The notes: a model not told the origin generated them from the letters alone. Shown: positions 19,965 to 31,454, counted from the first letter of the stretch. The stretch is DNA of 64,000 nt from Alphaproteobacteria bacterium (GCA_016794225.1 JAEUKQ010000003.1:10215-74214), one strand, 5' to 3'. Numbers and translations: made by a program.

Positions 19965-21887
19965 ATGAGTAAAGTTATTGGAATTGACCTAGGGACAACT
20001 AATTCTTGCGTTGCAGTAATGGAAGGCAAGGATATTAAAGTTATTGAAAACAGTGAAGGGGCTAGAACTACACCATCAATTATTGCTTTTACAGAAAATG
20101 AAGAGCGTTTAGCCGGACAGGCAGCCAAGCGACAAGCAGTAACAAACCCAGAAAATACTTTTTTTGCCATAAAAAGATTAATAGGGCGCAGATATGACGA
20201 TGCGATGGTTAAAAAAGATAAAGGACTTGTGCCGTACAAAATTGTTTCTGGTGATAACGGAGATGCTTGGGTTGAGAGCCGCGGAAAGAAATATTCCCCG
20301 TCGCAAATTAGTGCGTTTATTTTACAAAAAATGAAAGAAACTGCCGAAAATTATTTGGGTGATAAGGTAACACAGGCGGTTATTACGGTGCCAGCCTATT
20401 TTAACGACTCACAACGTCAGGCTACCAAGGATGCTGGTAGAATTGCTGGGTTGGAAGTTTTGCGGATTATTAATGAACCAACGGCTGCTGCTCTGGCATA
20501 CGGGCTTGAGAAAAAGGGTAGCGGTATTATTGCGGTTTATGATCTGGGCGGTGGTACATTCGATGTTTCCGTTCTGGAAATTGGTGATGGTGTATTTGAA
20601 GTGAAGTCAACGAACGGTGATACCTTCCTGGGTGGTGAAGATTTTGACGCCCGGATTATGGATTATCTAGCCGAAGAATTTCGCAAGGAAAACGGTATAG
20701 ATTTGCGTAAAGATCGCCTAGCCCTTCAGCGACTGAAAGATGCGGCCGAGAAAGCGAAAATAGAACTTTCAAGCTCGATGCAAACAGAAATTAATCTGCC
20801 ATTCATTACCGCTGATAAAAATGGACCCAAACATCTAAATATTAAGCTAACTCGGGCCAAGTTAGAATCGTTGGTTGATGATTTGATACAGCGTACGCTT
20901 GAGCCTTGCCGTGCGGCTTTGAAAGATGCTGGCTTGAAAGTTTCTGAAATTAATGAAGTTGTTCTGGTTGGGGGTATGACCCGTATGCCAAAGGTTATCG
21001 AGGCCGTACGGAAATTCTTTGACCGTGAGCCGCATCGTGGCGTTAATCCTGACGAAGTGGTTGCCGTGGGTGCAGCCATTCAGGGTGCCGTTTTAAAAGG
21101 TGAGGTGAAGGACGTATTGTTGCTTGATGTTACACCACTATCCTTGGGTATTGAAACATTAGGCGGGGTATTTACTCGCCTTATCGATAGAAATACAACT
21201 GTTCCAACCAAAAGAAGCCAAATTTTCTCAACCGCAGACGACAGTCAAACCGCTGTGACAATCAGAGTGTTTCAAGGTGAGCGTGAAATGGCAGCTGATA
21301 ATAAGTTATTGGGACAATTCGATTTGGTTGGAATACCACCAGCTCCGCGTGGGGTGCCGCAGATTGAAGTGACATTTGATATTGATGCTAACGGTATCGT
21401 TAGTGTTTCTGCAAAAGATAAGGCAACCAATAAAGAACAGCAAATTCGTATTCAGGCATCTGGCGGCTTAAGCGACCAGGATATTAAAAAGATGGTTAAG
21501 GATGCCGAAGCCCATGCCAGCGAGGATAAAAAGAAGCGAGCCTTGGTTGAAGCACGTAATCAGGCTGAGTCGCTTGTCCATGCAAATGAGAAAATGCTGA
21601 AAGAAAATGAGGGTAAAATTAATTCTGCTGACAAGGATAGCTTACAAAAGGCTATATCAGCTCTTAAAGAAGTTATAGTGGGTGATGATATTGATGCGAT
21701 TAAATCACGCGCAGAATCGTTGGCGCAATTGGGTATGAAGATGGGCGAATCAATGTATCGCGCCCAACAACAACCTGGTGCACCCGGTCAGCCGGATGAA
21801 GCGGCAGAAAGTGAAGCGGCTGCCGATAATGTTGTTGATGCCGATTTCCAAGAAGTAAACAATAACAATAAGCGTAAGAAACCCTAA
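19965..21887 (+). CDS. dnaK: Chaperone DnaK (Hsp70)
   Basis: 640 aa. N-terminus [13 protein letters not shown] and full Hsp70 architecture. Confidence 0.98.
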   Translation: MSKVIGIDLGTTNSCVAVMEGKDIKVIENSEGARTTPSIIAFTENEERLAGQAAKRQAVTNPENTFFAIKRLIGRRYDDAMVKKDKGLVPYKIVSGDNGDAWVESRGKKYSPSQISAFILQKMKETAENYLGDKVTQAVITVPAYFNDSQRQATKDAGRIAGLEVLRIINEPTAAALAYGLEKKGSGIIAVYDLGGGTFDVSVLEIGDGVFEVKSTNGDTFLGGEDFDARIMDYLAEEFRKENGIDLRKDRLALQRLKDAAEKAKIELSSSMQTEINLPFITADKNGPKHLNIKLTRAKLESLVDDLIQRTLEPCRAALKDAGLKVSEINEVVLVGGMTRMPKVIEAVRKFFDREPHRGVNPDEVVAVGAAIQGAVLKGEVKDVLLLDVTPLSLGIETLGGVFTRLIDRNTTVPTKRSQIFSTADDSQTAVTIRVFQGEREMAADNKLLGQFDLVGIPPAPRGVPQIEVTFDIDANGIVSVSAKDKATNKEQQIRIQASGGLSDQDIKKMVKDAEAHASEDKKKRALVEARNQAESLVHANEKMLKENEGKINSADKDSLQKAISALKEVIVGDDIDAIKSRAESLAQLGMKMGESMYRAQQQPGAPGQPDEAAESEAAADNVVDADFQEVNNNNKRKKP

Positions 21888-21928
21888 GCGTAAGCGCCGG
21901 TTATAAAGCCGGCGCCAGGTTCAAAAGA

Positions 21929-23086
21929 ATGGCAAGTTCCAAGCGCGATTATTACGAAGTTCTGGGTGTGGCTAAAACAGCCAGTAGCGATGATCTAAAA
22001 AAGGCTTATCGCAGTTTGGCAATGAAATATCATCCCGATCGTAATCCAGGTGATCAATCGGCTGAGCAGAAGTTTAAAGAAATAAACGAAGCTTATGACA
22101 TTTTGAAAGACGATCAGAAGCGCGCCGCTTATGACCAGTTTGGCCATGCTGCTTTTCAAGGTGGCGGGGGTGGCCGATCTGGTAGAGCGGGTGCTTCTGG
22201 GAATGGTGGTTTTGGCGGGGGTGGTTTTGCCGATATCTTCAATGAAATGTTCGGCGATTTTATGGGGGGTACGCAATCCAGCGAACGTCAAGCCCGTGGC
22301 AATGATCTGCGCTATAATATGGAAATAACCCTGGAAGAAGCCTTTGCTGGTAAACAAGTAACGATCCGCTTTCCTGCCGCTACTGTTTGTGATTCTTGCC
22401 ATGGTTCTGGTAGTGAACAGGGTGGACAGCCGATTACTTGCCCTGGATGTCGTGGTAGTGGCAAACAGCGTGCTACCCAGGGTTTTTTCACTATTGAAAG
22501 AACATGCCAACAATGCGGTGGTGTGGGACGTGTCATTGACAAACCCTGTAGGTCTTGTCGGGGACAAGGTGTCCTAAAAAAAGAAAAAAACCTTGAAGTT
22601 AATATTCCAGCAGGAGTTGATGACGGTTCACGGATAAGATTAGCTGGGCAGGGAGAGGCCGGTGCTCGCGGTGCGCCAGCTGGCGATCTTTATATTTTTA
22701 TTAGTGTTGCTTCACATCCATTGTTCCAGCGTGAAGGTAGTACTATTGAAGCACAGATCCCTATACCATTGACAACAGCTATTTTGGGCGGGGTGGTTGA
22801 TGTGCCGACGATTGAGGGCGGATGGGCAAAGATGACGGTACCTGCCGGAACGCAAAGCGGACAAAAATTTCGCTTGAAAGGCAAGGGGATGAGTGCTCTA
22901 AGGTCTTCTGCCCGCGGCGATATGTTCTGTTCGGTTGTTGTTGAAACGCCAGTTGACCTTAACAAGCGCCAGCAAGAATTACTTAAAGAGTTTGCGGAAA
23001 TTAGTGGTAGTCAATCCAAAAATTACCCAATTGTTGAGCGGTTTATTGGCAAAGTTAAAGAATTATGGAAAAATTTGCGTCGGTGA
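21929..23086 (+). CDS. dnaJ: Chaperone DnaJ
   Basis: 385 aa. J-domain with HPD, a Gly/Phe-rich region, and 4 CxxCxGxG zinc-finger repeats. Confidence 0.97.
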   Translation: MASSKRDYYEVLGVAKTASSDDLKKAYRSLAMKYHPDRNPGDQSAEQKFKEINEAYDILKDDQKRAAYDQFGHAAFQGGGGGRSGRAGASGNGGFGGGGFADIFNEMFGDFMGGTQSSERQARGNDLRYNMEITLEEAFAGKQVTIRFPAATVCDSCHGSGSEQGGQPITCPGCRGSGKQRATQGFFTIERTCQQCGGVGRVIDKPCRSCRGQGVLKKEKNLEVNIPAGVDDGSRIRLAGQGEAGARGAPAGDLYIFISVASHPLFQREGSTIEAQIPIPLTTAILGGVVDVPTIEGGWAKMTVPAGTQSGQKFRLKGKGMSALRSSARGDMFCSVVVETPVDLNKRQQELLKEFAEISGSQSKNYPIVERFIGKVKELWKNLRR

Positions 23087-23754
23087 TTAACGGTACCAGC
23101 AAAAAAACCACCATCTTATCAGATGAAGCGAGAATTGCCGACATATTTGCTAAACTATCCTATCAAAACCCGCAACCCAAAACAGAATTAAACTATACAA
23201 ATACATTTACGTTGTTGGTTGCCGTAGTCCTATCAGCCCAATCAACCGACAAAGGGGTTAATAAGGTTACAGAGCTATTGTTTTCAGTTGCCCAAAGTCC
23301 CCAACAAATCTTGAATATGGGGGAAGAAAGATTGCGTCGATATTTAAGGTCATTGGGTCTTTATAACAGCAAAACAAAAAATGTTATTAAACTTAGTCAA
23401 AAGTTGGTTAATGAATTTAACGGGTATGTTCCAAACGAACGTGCCGCTTTAGAAAGCTTACCCGGTGTTGGGCAAAAAACGGCAGGTGTTGTATTAAACA
23501 TCGCCTTTGGTCAGCCAACTATACCGGTTGATACGCATGTTTTCCGTGTTGCAAGGCGCCTGCAACTGGCAGATAGTGATTCGCCTGAAAAAATGGAAGA
23601 AATTTTGTTAAGGCGTATTCCTCCAAAATATCAAAAAAACGCCCATCACTGGCTTATTCTTCATGGTCGATACGTTTGTAAAGCACGCAAACCCCATTGC
23701 CAGAGTTGTGCTGTCAATCATTTGTGTTACTACCCAAACAAAAGTAATGTCTAA
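23065..23754 (+). CDS. nth: Endonuclease III
   Basis: 229 aa. HhH-GPD domain and a C-terminal 4Fe-4S cluster Cx6Cx2Cx5C. Overlaps the dnaJ 3' end by 22 nt. Confidence 0.9.
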   Translation: MEKFASVINGTSKKTTILSDEARIADIFAKLSYQNPQPKTELNYTNTFTLLVAVVLSAQSTDKGVNKVTELLFSVAQSPQQILNMGEERLRRYLRSLGLYNSKTKNVIKLSQKLVNEFNGYVPNERAALESLPGVGQKTAGVVLNIAFGQPTIPVDTHVFRVARRLQLADSDSPEKMEEILLRRIPPKYQKNAHHWLILHGRYVCKARKPHCQSCAVNHLCYYPNKSNV

Positions 23755-24129
23755 TTAAATGGATTTTGGTGCGAATTTTACCAAACATAAGTCATTGTCG
23801 ATAGTTTCACCAGAACGAGACCGTGATATAACGTGGGTTACCGTTAGTAGATTGTTTTTTGTAAAGAAGAAAATATCTGTAACACAATCTGGGCTCTGGA
23901 ATTGCCACAATTCTGCAGGATGGTCACGTCGTTTAAATGTTGCCGGCCCTAATATGCGGCCAATTTGTTCAGGCGACTGACCAATGAGGGACGAGCTTTT
24001 TATTATAACAGTGCGATCAGCAAAATTATGCTCTGACGAACCAACTTGTTGGCAAGCGCCTAAACAACCCAACAACAAACCAATTGCCGCCTTTACCAAC
24101 CAACACCGATGCAACAAGCCGTCAACCAT
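23755..24129 (-). CDS. Hypothetical lipoprotein
   Basis: 124 aa, lipobox LLLGCLGAC. No recognisable domain by eye. Confidence 0.5.
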   Translation of the reverse strand: MVDGLLHRCWLVKAAIGLLLGCLGACQQVGSSEHNFADRTVIIKSSSLIGQSPEQIGRILGPATFKRRDHPAELWQFQSPDCVTDIFFFTKNNLLTVTHVISRSRSGETIDNDLCLVKFAPKSI

Positions 24130-24135
24130 TAATTA

Positions 24136-24804
24136 CTAGCTTTGTGATGATTCGTCAATTTGGTAGGTTGGCTGTAGTGAGGCTTGACCAGCACTTTGGG
24201 TTTCATAACCCTGATGCGGATTATCATGTAAGTCTGATAAAAGTTCAACCTGGCCTGATAAAGCACCACCCTTTTCAACCTCAAGTTGTGCATAGCGAAT
24301 TGAGCCAACAACTTTTCCTGTTGAACGAACGGTTAAACGACCATGAACAGTAATATCACCTTCGAACCGCCCACTAATGTCGGCCGTTTCAATATGTGCG
24401 GATCCTTTAAAGACACCAAATTCGGAAATTTCGATACTACGGCTATCAGTTAATGATGCCTCGACCCTACCTTCAACAACAAGACGTTGACAGGCACGAA
24501 TTTCACCAGTTAACACAATGTCCCGCCCTACAATTAATCTTTTGCCCTCTGAGTCCGTATTATTACGCGCTTCATTTCGGCGAACGGATATTGATGCTAA
24601 CTGATCTTGGGGGGAGGTCGGATTGGGACGTGTACTAGAAGTTGTCGGACGGTTGGTCATGGATGCAGCATTTGGTTCGCTACGGGTAACAGGCCGTGCT
24701 GCGGTTGCAGATAGATCAACCGAAACATCGCGATTAACAGGGGTTGACGTTGATTCGTTAGCGGGTTTCAAGGGCATTTCACGCTCTTTCTTTTTTCCGA
24801 ACAT
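24136..24804 (-). CDS. Bactofilin-family cytoskeletal protein with a long disordered N-terminal region
   Basis: C-terminal ~110 aa is a bactofilin (DUF583) beta-helical repeat. The N-terminal ~100 aa is rich in S/T/P/N/R and low in complexity. Confidence 0.75.
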   Translation of the reverse strand: MFGKKKEREMPLKPANESTSTPVNRDVSVDLSATAARPVTRSEPNAASMTNRPTTSSTRPNPTSPQDQLASISVRRNEARNNTDSEGKRLIVGRDIVLTGEIRACQRLVVEGRVEASLTDSRSIEISEFGVFKGSAHIETADISGRFEGDITVHGRLTVRSTGKVVGSIRYAQLEVEKGGALSGQVELLSDLHDNPHQGYETQSAGQASLQPTYQIDESSQS

Positions 24805-25028
24805 GGCCAGATCCTTACTAGGTCGTATTAAAGTTAAAATTACATTATTTCTTCATACCATAATTCTATAAATTGCAATAGCAGTTTTTAGATCAAATAA
24901 AACATTTGTTGATGACATGATGCCTATTTGGTGCTGGTACAAAAAAATACAAACAAGCATCTATATGAAATAACTTGTGAAATCCGATAATTAATGTCAG
25001 AAACAGAAATGTTAAAAGGACAGGTTCA

Positions 25029-26024
25029 ATGGCAGATTTTTATGACGTTCTAACCATCGGTAATGCAATTGTTGATATTCTGACGCATGTCGATGATGCT
25101 TTTTTAGAAAAAGCCCAGCTAACTAAGGGTGCAATGACGCTTGTTGACGAAGAGCGTTCAGAATATTTGTATCAGCTGATGGGACCGGCCACAGAAATTT
25201 CTGGTGGATCAGCCGCCAACACCGCTGCTGGCCTTGCTTCTTTTGGTGCAAAAGCAGCTTATATTGGTAAGGTTTGCGATGACCAGCTGGGACATATTTT
25301 TAGGCATGATATCAAAGCTGCGGGTGTACATTTTGAAACAGTACCATCAAAAAACAAACCTGCTACAGCACGTTGTATGGTTTTTGTCACTCCTGATTCG
25401 CAGCGCACATTGCAGACATATCTCGGGGCTTGTGTTAAGCTTTTACCCGGGGATATCGTAAAGAACGTTGTTGAAAAAAGTAAAATTACATATTTGGAGG
25501 GGTATTTATGGGATTCCCCCTCAGCAGCCGATGCATGCCGACTAGCAACCCAATATGCCAAACAAAGCGGTAATAAAGTTGCTTTAAGTTTATCTGACCC
25601 GTATTGTGTTGAACGCCACCGAACGGAGTTTCAGCATCTTTGCTCAAAAATCGATATTTTATTTGCCAATGAAGCAGAAATCATGTCTTTATGGCAGCAC
25701 AATAACTTAAAAACAGTTATCGAACAAATTGGCAAAATAACACCCTTGGTTATTATTACCCTTGGGGCTGCCGGTTCTTTAGTTGTTTATCAGGGAAGCG
25801 TTATCACGATAAAGCCGGCTGCTGTTCGGCAAATTGTTGACACGACAGGGGCTGGTGATTTATATGCAGCGGGCTTTCTTTATGGAATAGTTTGCGGATA
25901 CCCCCTTAAGGCTTGTGGAGAAATTGCTTCGTTAGCAGCAGGGGAGATTATTTCCCATTTAGGGGCCAGACCTGCTGTTAAATTGGCAAAACTATTAAAA
26001 GATTCAGGAATTGTTAAAGAATAG
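25029..26024 (+). CDS. PfkB-family carbohydrate/nucleoside kinase (adenosine-kinase-like)
   Basis: 331 aa. N-terminal di-Gly motif and a C-terminal DTTGAGD anion-hole motif. Confidence 0.8.
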   Translation: MADFYDVLTIGNAIVDILTHVDDAFLEKAQLTKGAMTLVDEERSEYLYQLMGPATEISGGSAANTAAGLASFGAKAAYIGKVCDDQLGHIFRHDIKAAGVHFETVPSKNKPATARCMVFVTPDSQRTLQTYLGACVKLLPGDIVKNVVEKSKITYLEGYLWDSPSAADACRLATQYAKQSGNKVALSLSDPYCVERHRTEFQHLCSKIDILFANEAEIMSLWQHNNLKTVIEQIGKITPLVIITLGAAGSLVVYQGSVITIKPAAVRQIVDTTGAGDLYAAGFLYGIVCGYPLKACGEIASLAAGEIISHLGARPAVKLAKLLKDSGIVKE

Positions 26025-26036
26025 ATTGGAAAGTGA

Positions 26037-27857
26037 ATGTCGTTAAGAAATTTGGCAATTATTGCCCACGTTGATCATGGTAAGACAACCCTTGTTGATC
26101 AATTATTACGTCAAAGTGGTACTTTTCGCTCAAACCAGCAGGTTGCAGAGCGGGTAATGGATTCAAACGAATTAGAGCGCGAACGGGGAATAACCATTCT
26201 GGCCAAATGTACTTCTGTTATGTGGAAGGGCATTAAACTTAATATTGTTGATACGCCCGGCCATGCTGATTTTGGCGGCGAGGTTGAGCGAATATTGAAC
26301 ATGGTTGATGGTGTGGTTGTGTTGGTTGATGCTGCTGAAGGTCCGATGCCGCAAACAAAATTTGTTACCATGAAAGCATTGAAACAAGGCCTGAAGCCCA
26401 TTGTAGTTATTAATAAGGTTGACAGACCTGATGCACGGCCTCAGGAAGTTCAGAATCTGGTATTTGATTTATTTGCTTTGTTAGGTGCAACTGATGAACA
26501 GCTAGATTTTCCAACATTATTTGCATCATCTAAACAGGGGTGGGCTGCACCCGCACTTGATGCACCCAGACAAGACCTACAGCCTTTGTTTGATTTAATC
26601 GTCCGCCATGTGCCGCCGCCAACCTGTAATCCTGACGATAAATTTACATTGTTGGCGACAATTCTGGAAGCTGATCCGTATCTGGGTCGTATTTTGACAG
26701 GGCGTATTAATAGTGGTCGTGCAAAAATGAACATGCCGGTTAAGGCACTAAGCCCTAGTGGCGCGGTGATTGAGCAGGGCCGCTTAACTAAATTGCTGGC
26801 ATTCAGGGGAGTAGAGCGTATTCCTGTAGAGCAGGCTGTAGCGGGCGATATTATCGCGGTTGCAGGGTTAACCGCACCTACGGTAGCTGACACAATTTGC
26901 GATCCCACGGTTACCAGCCCAATTTCAGCGCAACCCATTGATCCACCAACCTTGTCGATCAATATCAGTGTTAATGATTCACCTTTAGCAGGGCGCGAAG
27001 GAACAAAGGTAACAAGTCGGGAAATTCGTGCAAGACTTTGGAAAGAAGCCGAAGGTAATGTGGCGATACGGGTGCGTGAATCGGAAGAAAAAGATGCTTT
27101 TGAAGTATCTGGTCGTGGTGAATTACAATTAGGCGTACTCATAGAAACCATGCGCCGTGAAGGTTTTGAATTATCAATTAGCCGTCCCAAAGTAATTTAC
27201 CAGCAAGATTCTGCTTCGGGCCAACGTTTAGAGCCATTTGAAGAATTACTGGTTGATGTTGATGAAGAATTTGCCGGTGTTGTGGTTGAGAAAATGGGTA
27301 TCAGACGTGGTGAAATGACCGACATGATACCGTCTGGAAATGGAAAAACACGGATTACTTTTGTTGTCCCATCACGCGGGTTAATTGGTTATCATGGCGA
27401 ATTTATGACCGATACAAGAGGTACAGGTATCATGAATCGCCTGTTTCATGGTTATGCCCCGTATAAGGGGACGATCGGTGGGCGACGTAATGGTGTGCTC
27501 ATTTCAACTGCTAATGGTCGGGCGGTTGCCTATGCACTTTGGTATTTGGAAGAACGTGGACAGTTAATGGTTGTCCCAGGTGTTGATGTTTATGAGGGAA
27601 TGATTATTGGAGAGCATACACGTGATAATGACCTGGAAGTTAATCCAATTAAAGAAAAACACCTAAGCAACGTACGTACTACAGCCAAGGATGAAGCTAT
27701 TCGTCTGACACCACCCATGTTGATGACCCTAGAAAAAGCCATGTCTTACATTGAAGAAGATGAATTGGTCGAGATTACGCCAAAAAGTATTCGGTTGCGG
27801 AAGAAATATCTCAATCCGCATGAACGCAAAAGGTTTAACCGACAAAATACGGAGTAA
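26037..27857 (+). CDS. typA: Translational GTPase TypA/BipA
   Basis: 606 aa. G1 AHVDHGKTT and G3 DTPGHADF motifs; BipA C-terminal domain. Confidence 0.95.
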   Translation: MSLRNLAIIAHVDHGKTTLVDQLLRQSGTFRSNQQVAERVMDSNELERERGITILAKCTSVMWKGIKLNIVDTPGHADFGGEVERILNMVDGVVVLVDAAEGPMPQTKFVTMKALKQGLKPIVVINKVDRPDARPQEVQNLVFDLFALLGATDEQLDFPTLFASSKQGWAAPALDAPRQDLQPLFDLIVRHVPPPTCNPDDKFTLLATILEADPYLGRILTGRINSGRAKMNMPVKALSPSGAVIEQGRLTKLLAFRGVERIPVEQAVAGDIIAVAGLTAPTVADTICDPTVTSPISAQPIDPPTLSINISVNDSPLAGREGTKVTSREIRARLWKEAEGNVAIRVRESEEKDAFEVSGRGELQLGVLIETMRREGFELSISRPKVIYQQDSASGQRLEPFEELLVDVDEEFAGVVVEKMGIRRGEMTDMIPSGNGKTRITFVVPSRGLIGYHGEFMTDTRGTGIMNRLFHGYAPYKGTIGGRRNGVLISTANGRAVAYALWYLEERGQLMVVPGVDVYEGMIIGEHTRDNDLEVNPIKEKHLSNVRTTAKDEAIRLTPPMLMTLEKAMSYIEEDELVEITPKSIRLRKKYLNPHERKRFNRQNTE

Positions 27858-27861
27858 TTGA

Positions 27862-29208
27862 TTGCACACCAAACAATCTAGTGCTGAATCTAAAAAGTCA
27901 CTTTGGGGCAAGATACTTGGACTATACATCGACCGCCGCAGTTTTTCACTGCTAATTCTAGGTCTATCTGCCGGACTACCCTTTGCCTTGCTGCACGGTT
28001 CTTTAACCGCTTGGTTACGGCAAGAAGGCATTGCCCGCGCAACTATTGGCTATATCAGCTGGATTGGTATATTTTATGGGGTAAAAGTTCTGTGGTCACC
28101 CGTTGTTGATCATGTACGTATACCGTTGATTGGTAAAATTTTAGGCCAGCGACGCAGTTGGATTCTTTTGTCGCAACTTGCAATAATGGCTGGATTAGTA
28201 TGGATGGTTGTTGAGGCGCCAGATCGTGGAAAAACAGACAGTTTGACTGATTTAACCGGATTTGTTATTGGGGCCTTATGGGTAGCTTTTTGGTCTGCGA
28301 CCCAAGATATTGCAGTTGATGCCTACCGTATTGAAGTGGCAGGCGAAGAATTGCAAGGTATCATGAGCGCAAATTATATTTTCGGTTACCGTATTGCCTT
28401 ATCATTCTTGGTTGGGGTGGGTGCTTTCTATTTGGCCGAGCATTATTCGTGGGCTGATGCGTATTTGCTGATGACGGCCTGTTTTATAGTTCCCATTGTT
28501 GTTTTATTATTTTCCCCAGAACCACCTCCAAGAACAGTGCAGCATTTCCAAGGCATTGCTGGGTATCTTAAAAATACAGTTGTAAGACCATTTTCTGAAT
28601 TCTTTGCGCGCCAACCCTATAGTCATGCATTGTGTATTTTACTGTTTATAGCCCTGTGTCGCATCAGCGATATTATTATGGGGCCTATGGCAAACCCGCT
28701 TTATAAGGATTTGGGTTTTGCAAATGACGAGATTGCAAATATTACCAAGCTTTATGGTTTTTGGGTATCCATACTGGGCGGATTTATAGCTGGGTTATTG
28801 GTTGCGCGGTATTCGGTACAGCGATTATTACCAATTGCGGTGTTATTTTTGGCTGTCCCGAATGCAATGTTTATGATTCTAGCTGATTCTGGGAAAGATT
28901 TTCTTGTCTTTACTCTAACAATCAGTGCCGATAATTTCGGCAATGCAGTGGCTGCAACGGTTTTTGTTGCCTATTTTTCAAGCCTGGCCAATCAGGCTTA
29001 TACGGCAACGCAATATGCGCTGTTTAGCTCGCTTATGAATTTGCCTGGCAATATTTTAGGTGGGTTTTCGGGCTGGGTTGTCGAAAAAATTGGTTATGGC
29101 AATTTCTTTTTGTCAACTGCTGTTTTTTGTATTCCAGCGCTTATTTTGGCCTTCATCATTCCACAATTTGTTAAAAAACAAAAGACTAAGACTTTATCTT
29201 ATCAATAA
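27862..29208 (+). CDS. ampG: AmpG-family muropeptide MFS permease
   Basis: 448 aa, about 12 transmembrane helices, AmpG/MFS_1 pattern. TTG start at 27862 with a GGAG 7 nt upstream. Confidence 0.8.
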   Translation: MHTKQSSAESKKSLWGKILGLYIDRRSFSLLILGLSAGLPFALLHGSLTAWLRQEGIARATIGYISWIGIFYGVKVLWSPVVDHVRIPLIGKILGQRRSWILLSQLAIMAGLVWMVVEAPDRGKTDSLTDLTGFVIGALWVAFWSATQDIAVDAYRIEVAGEELQGIMSANYIFGYRIALSFLVGVGAFYLAEHYSWADAYLLMTACFIVPIVVLLFSPEPPPRTVQHFQGIAGYLKNTVVRPFSEFFARQPYSHALCILLFIALCRISDIIMGPMANPLYKDLGFANDEIANITKLYGFWVSILGGFIAGLLVARYSVQRLLPIAVLFLAVPNAMFMILADSGKDFLVFTLTISADNFGNAVAATVFVAYFSSLANQAYTATQYALFSSLMNLPGNILGGFSGWVVEKIGYGNFFLSTAVFCIPALILAFIIPQFVKKQKTKTLSYQ

Positions 29209-29824
29209 CATAACCAACCGAGCGAACGGTACGGACAATATCAGTACCTTTGGGGTTGGTTATGTTAGATAATGCCTGGCGTAACCGACCAATGTGAACA
29301 TCAACTGTGCGTAAATCAACGTCGCCATCATCGCCCCATACGGCGTCAAGCAGTTGTTCGCGGTTTATAACGCGGCCCTGATTACACAATAAATGACGCA
29401 ATATTTTAAATTCTGTTGGACTTAGAAAAATCAATTTATCTTGGTTATAGGCCTGGTACTGGTTAATATCTATACGTAGATCCCCATATAAAATATGGTT
29501 TATCGGATTAAGACCCATACTGCGCCGCAACAGTGCCTTTAGACGCGCTAGCAACTCGCCGATACTGAAAGGTTTTGTTATATAATCATCAGCCCCTGTT
29601 TCTAGCCCAAGTAACTTATCATTATGTTCGCCACGCGCGGTTAGTAAAACGATAGGAAGTAAATAAAATTCTGGCGATCGCCGCAAGATTCGACACAATT
29701 CAAGACCAGATATTTTTGGAACCATCCAGTCTACAATGACCAGGTCTGGCTTTTTTTCTTTAATGCTGATTAAAGCATCTTCGCCATTAACGGCTGAGGC
29801 TACCTGATACCCTGCTTGCTGCAA
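29186..29824 (-). CDS. phoB: Phosphate regulon response regulator PhoB (coordinates as in the ORF track; the true N-terminus lies upstream, see findings)
   Basis: Receiver domain plus winged-helix OmpR/PhoB C-terminus. The conserved PYILIIEDDAALR N-terminal segment is encoded in frame upstream of the TTG at 29824, with no ATG/GTG/TTG available. Confidence 0.85.
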   Translation of the reverse strand: MQQAGYQVASAVNGEDALISIKEKKPDLVIVDWMVPKISGLELCRILRRSPEFYLLPIVLLTARGEHNDKLLGLETGADDYITKPFSIGELLARLKALLRRSMGLNPINHILYGDLRIDINQYQAYNQDKLIFLSPTEFKILRHLLCNQGRVINREQLLDAVWGDDGDVDLRTVDVHIGRLRQALSNITNPKGTDIVRTVRSVGYVIDKIKS

Positions 29825-29895
29825 ATTATAGACCAGAACTGTGCGCAGGGCAGCATCATCCTCGATGATAAGAATATAAGGGGTTGAAGCAGCGG

Positions 29896-30636
29896 TTATG
29901 TTAATTTCTCTTTGGTTGTTGGGTTGGAATAAGCATTGCTGATGGTATGGTCACTTTTGGGACGCTCACCCTGAATATGGGAACCATGTACCATAAAATA
30001 AACTGTTTCTGCGATATTCGTGGCATGATCGCCGATTCGTTCAATGTTTTTGGCAATAAATAACAAATGAATACAGCCCCCAATAGTTCTTATGTCTTCC
30101 ATCATATAGGTTAAAAGTTCGCGAAATATGCTGGTGTACAAGGCATCTACTTCTTCGTCCTGACGCCAGGCTTGTAGTGCTCGATCGGTATTTTTATTAA
30201 TATAAGAATCCAACACGTTCTTAACAATTTGTTGTACGGCTTTTCCCATCCGGCTAAGACCACTAATAATTTGCTTGTTGGTGATTATTTCTGGTAAAGC
30301 GGGAATACGTTTGGCCACATTCGCGGCATAATCACCCATACGTTCCAAATCGCTAGAAATTTTCAATGAAGAAACTACCTCGCGCAGGTCTTGTGCCATA
30401 GGTTGACGTAAGGCCAAAATTTTTACGGCAAGCTGGCTGACATTTTGATCAAGAACGTCAATCTGATGATCTTGGTCAACAATCTGCGCTGCTTGCTTAA
30501 GATTATGGGAAATAAGAGCTTCAATTGCTTGCTGTAGCTGGGATTCAACCATTGTTCCCATCTGCACTAAAATAGTGCCCAGCTGCTTTAGTTGGTCATC
30601 GAAAGATTTAACAATGTGATCGGTTAAATTAGGCAT
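29896..30636 (-). CDS. phoU: Phosphate signalling complex protein PhoU
   Basis: 246 aa; two PhoU repeats. Confidence 0.95.
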   Translation of the reverse strand: MPNLTDHIVKSFDDQLKQLGTILVQMGTMVESQLQQAIEALISHNLKQAAQIVDQDHQIDVLDQNVSQLAVKILALRQPMAQDLREVVSSLKISSDLERMGDYAANVAKRIPALPEIITNKQIISGLSRMGKAVQQIVKNVLDSYINKNTDRALQAWRQDEEVDALYTSIFRELLTYMMEDIRTIGGCIHLLFIAKNIERIGDHATNIAETVYFMVHGSHIQGERPKSDHTISNAYSNPTTKEKLT

Positions 30637-30651
30637 ATGTAAATTCCCTTT

Positions 30652-31416
30652 TTAGCCAAAACGGCCTGTGATATATCCTTGTGTTCGTTGATCTTGCGGT
30701 TTTGTAAAAATGTCTTCTGTTGGCCCGGTTTCAATCAATTCGCCTAAGTGGAAAAAAGCTGTTTTTTGAGAAACACGCGCAGCTTGTTGCATGGAATGGG
30801 TTACGATAACAATCGTGAAATTAACCCGCAATTCGTCGATTAATTCTTCAACCTTGGCGGTGGCGATGGGGTCTAAAGCCGAACAGGGTTCATCCATTAA
30901 AATAACATCGGGATTAATAGCAATGGCGCGTGCAATGCAAAGTCGTTGTTGTTGCCCACCTGATAATGACAAAGCAGGATCCTTTAGACGATCTTTAACT
31001 TCAGCTAATAAACCAGCTTTTTCAAGGCTTGTCATAACAATCTGATCAAGGTCATCACGTTTGTTGGCTAAACCATGCAGCTTTGGTGCGTAAGCAACAT
31101 TCTCGTAAATGGATTTTGGGAATGGATTGGGTTTTTGAAAAACCATCCCCACTTTTGCCCGCAACGTTACAACATCAATATCCGAATTGTAAATATTCTG
31201 ACCATCTAAAAGAATTTCGCCATGAATCCGGCACGATTCAATTACATCGTTCATTCGGTTAAGACAGCGCAAGAAAGTTGATTTACCGCATCCTGATGGC
31301 CCAATCAGGGCAGTGACCTGCATGGGTAAAATTTCGAGGCTAACATTCTTTAATGCCTGTTTTGAACCATAGTAAACCTGTAACTGACGAACAGAAATTT
31401 TAGCAGTGCTTGACAT
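30652..31416 (-). CDS. pstB: Phosphate ABC transporter ATP-binding protein PstB
   Basis: 254 aa. Walker [13 protein letters not shown] signature LSGGQQQR, Walker B ILMDEP. Confidence 0.95.
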   Translation of the reverse strand: MSSTAKISVRQLQVYYGSKQALKNVSLEILPMQVTALIGPSGCGKSTFLRCLNRMNDVIESCRIHGEILLDGQNIYNSDIDVVTLRAKVGMVFQKPNPFPKSIYENVAYAPKLHGLANKRDDLDQIVMTSLEKAGLLAEVKDRLKDPALSLSGGQQQRLCIARAIAINPDVILMDEPCSALDPIATAKVEELIDELRVNFTIVIVTHSMQQAARVSQKTAFFHLGELIETGPTEDIFTKPQDQRTQGYITGRFG

Positions 31417-31454
31417 GAATTTTCAACCTATAGTCAACTTTTACCTTATCTACT

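Noticed and set aside
26450-27190. Long antisense ORFs inside well-supported genes. Examples: 246 aa at 26450..27190 antisense to typA; 190 aa antisense to dnaJ at 21995..22567; 182 aa at 31762..32310 antisense to pstA; 117 aa antisense to dnaK; 119 aa at 9356..9715 antisense to yifB.
   Set aside because: Fully embedded opposite strongly conserved coding regions, low-complexity translations, no ribosome-binding sites. Typical frame-shadow artefacts.
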